Positions 63,114 to 64,000 of a DNA stretch of 64,000 nt are shown here, piece by piece; positions within the stretch are counted from its first letter, which is position 1, and each line of letters opens with the position of its first letter. The position numbers and the translations under genes are program-made. Under the pieces are notes generated by a model. That model did not search any database, was not told where the DNA came from, and saw only the letters and a program-made list of their open reading frames with translations. Origin of the DNA: Candidatus Homeothermus arabinoxylanisolvens (GTDB taxonomy: Bacteria > Bacteroidota > Bacteroidia > Bacteroidales > Muribaculaceae); contig LUJO01000049.1 of NCBI GenBank assembly GCA_001689405.1, positions 11,864 through 75,863 on the forward strand, written 5' to 3'.

Positions 63114-64000
63114 ATGGATTTTGAACTGCAAGCGACCGATAAATCGAGCGCGGCCCGCGCGGGATTGATCACGACCGACCATGGCGTGATCGAGACTCCT
63201 ATATTCATGCCTGTCGGTACGGCCGGCACGGTCAAGGCCGTGCATCAGCATGAGTTGAAAGATGACATACACGCCCAGATAATACTCGGCAATACATATC
63301 ATTTGTATCTGCGTCCCGGTACCGATATTCTTAAGGCTGCCGGAGGTCTGCATAAATTCAACGGCTGGGACAAGCCTATCTTGACCGACAGCGGAGGTTT
63401 TCAGGTATTTTCGCTCTCGGCCAACCGTAAGCTAAAGGAGGAGGGTGCCTACTTCCGAAGCCATATAGACGGATCGAAACACCTGTTTACGCCTGAAAAC
63501 GTAGTAGACATACAAAGGATTATCGGCGCCGATATAATGATGGCGCTCGATGAGTGTCCTTCCGGCACTGCCGATTATGATTATGCCAAGAAATCACTGG
63601 GACTTACGCTCCGGTGGCTGCAGCGGGGCTGGGACCGATATAAGTCGACCGAGGGTCTATATGGCCATAAGCAGGCCTATTTCCCAATAGTGCAGGGGTG
63701 TACTTATCCTGACCTTCGCAGAGAGTCGGCTAAGTTTGTAGCTGACCTCGGCGCTGACGGAAATGCCATAGGCGGACTGGCCGTGGGTGAACCCGCTGAA
63801 GTCATGTATGATATGATAGAGGTGGTAAACGACATATTGCCTGCCGATAAGCCGCGCTACCTTATGGGGGTGGGTACACCCGCCAATATACTTGAGGCGA
63901 TAGAACGCGGTGTCGACATGATGGACTGTGTCATGCCTACGCGCAACGGACGTAACGGTATGCTGTTTACCGCACATGGCATCATGAACATGCGCAACAA
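63114..64000 (+). CDS. tgt: tRNA-guanine transglycosylase (queuine tRNA-ribosyltransferase), 3' end outside the window
   Basis: My own translation from the ATG at 63114 reads MDFELQATDKSSAARAGLITTDHGVIETPIFMPVGTAGTVKA...LTDSGGFQVFSL. The frame is open to the window end, so it is absent from the supplied ORF track. Confidence 0.9.
   Translation, partial: MDFELQATDKSSAARAGLITTDHGVIETPIFMPVGTAGTVKAVHQHELKDDIHAQIILGNTYHLYLRPGTDILKAAGGLHKFNGWDKPILTDSGGFQVFSLSANRKLKEEGAYFRSHIDGSKHLFTPENVVDIQRIIGADIMMALDECPSGTADYDYAKKSLGLTLRWLQRGWDRYKSTEGLYGHKQAYFPIVQGCTYPDLRRESAKFVADLGADGNAIGGLAVGEPAEVMYDMIEVVNDILPADKPRYLMGVGTPANILEAIERGVDMMDCVMPTRNGRNGMLFTAHGIMNMRN

Overview
The window reads as a Bacteroidota (Bacteroidales-like) chromosomal segment. 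Supporting signs are TAnnTTTG -7 boxes upstream of many genes, a FeoA-FeoB fusion, many lipoproteins with acidic post-Cys export signals, and outer-membrane proteins ending in Phe. Most of it is densely packed housekeeping: acpP-fabF, fabI, metY with a ThiF-like gene, an Lrp regulator, Dcp peptidase, two rhomboids, HU, an ABC-F ATPase and a UvrD-type helicase. It also carries nspC, aguA-aguB, feoAB, kdsB, tgt (partial) and a cobalamin-riboswitch-controlled B12 uptake locus (BtuB, BtuG-like, BtuF, BtuC). Three tRNA genes are present. I see no rRNA, CRISPR array, transposase, integrase or recognisable defence genes. The least ordinary part is 24.9-35.7 kb. A ~7 kb segment there sits between two convergent tRNA genes and is bracketed by a 29-nt perfect inverted repeat. 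It holds a truncated DUF1016 gene, a low-GC insert (DKNYY lipoprotein plus a small membrane protein), and a lipoprotein/TPR-TM-LuxR one-component regulator. That regulator is followed by five TTAAGA direct repeats, a small lipoprotein and a large outer-membrane barrel. The bracketing repeat belongs to a GTAG-plus-palindrome (REP/BIME-like) family with copies at about 24.93, 31.86, 31.94 and 49.83 kb, plus a degenerate one at 52.94 kb. A 530-bp gene-free gap at 52.9-53.4 kb contains two inverted copies of a hairpin-capped ~110-nt unit. I cannot demonstrate a new system from sequence alone. The candidates are ranked below with modest interest scores and explicit tests. All family assignments come from motif recognition by eye, not from searches.
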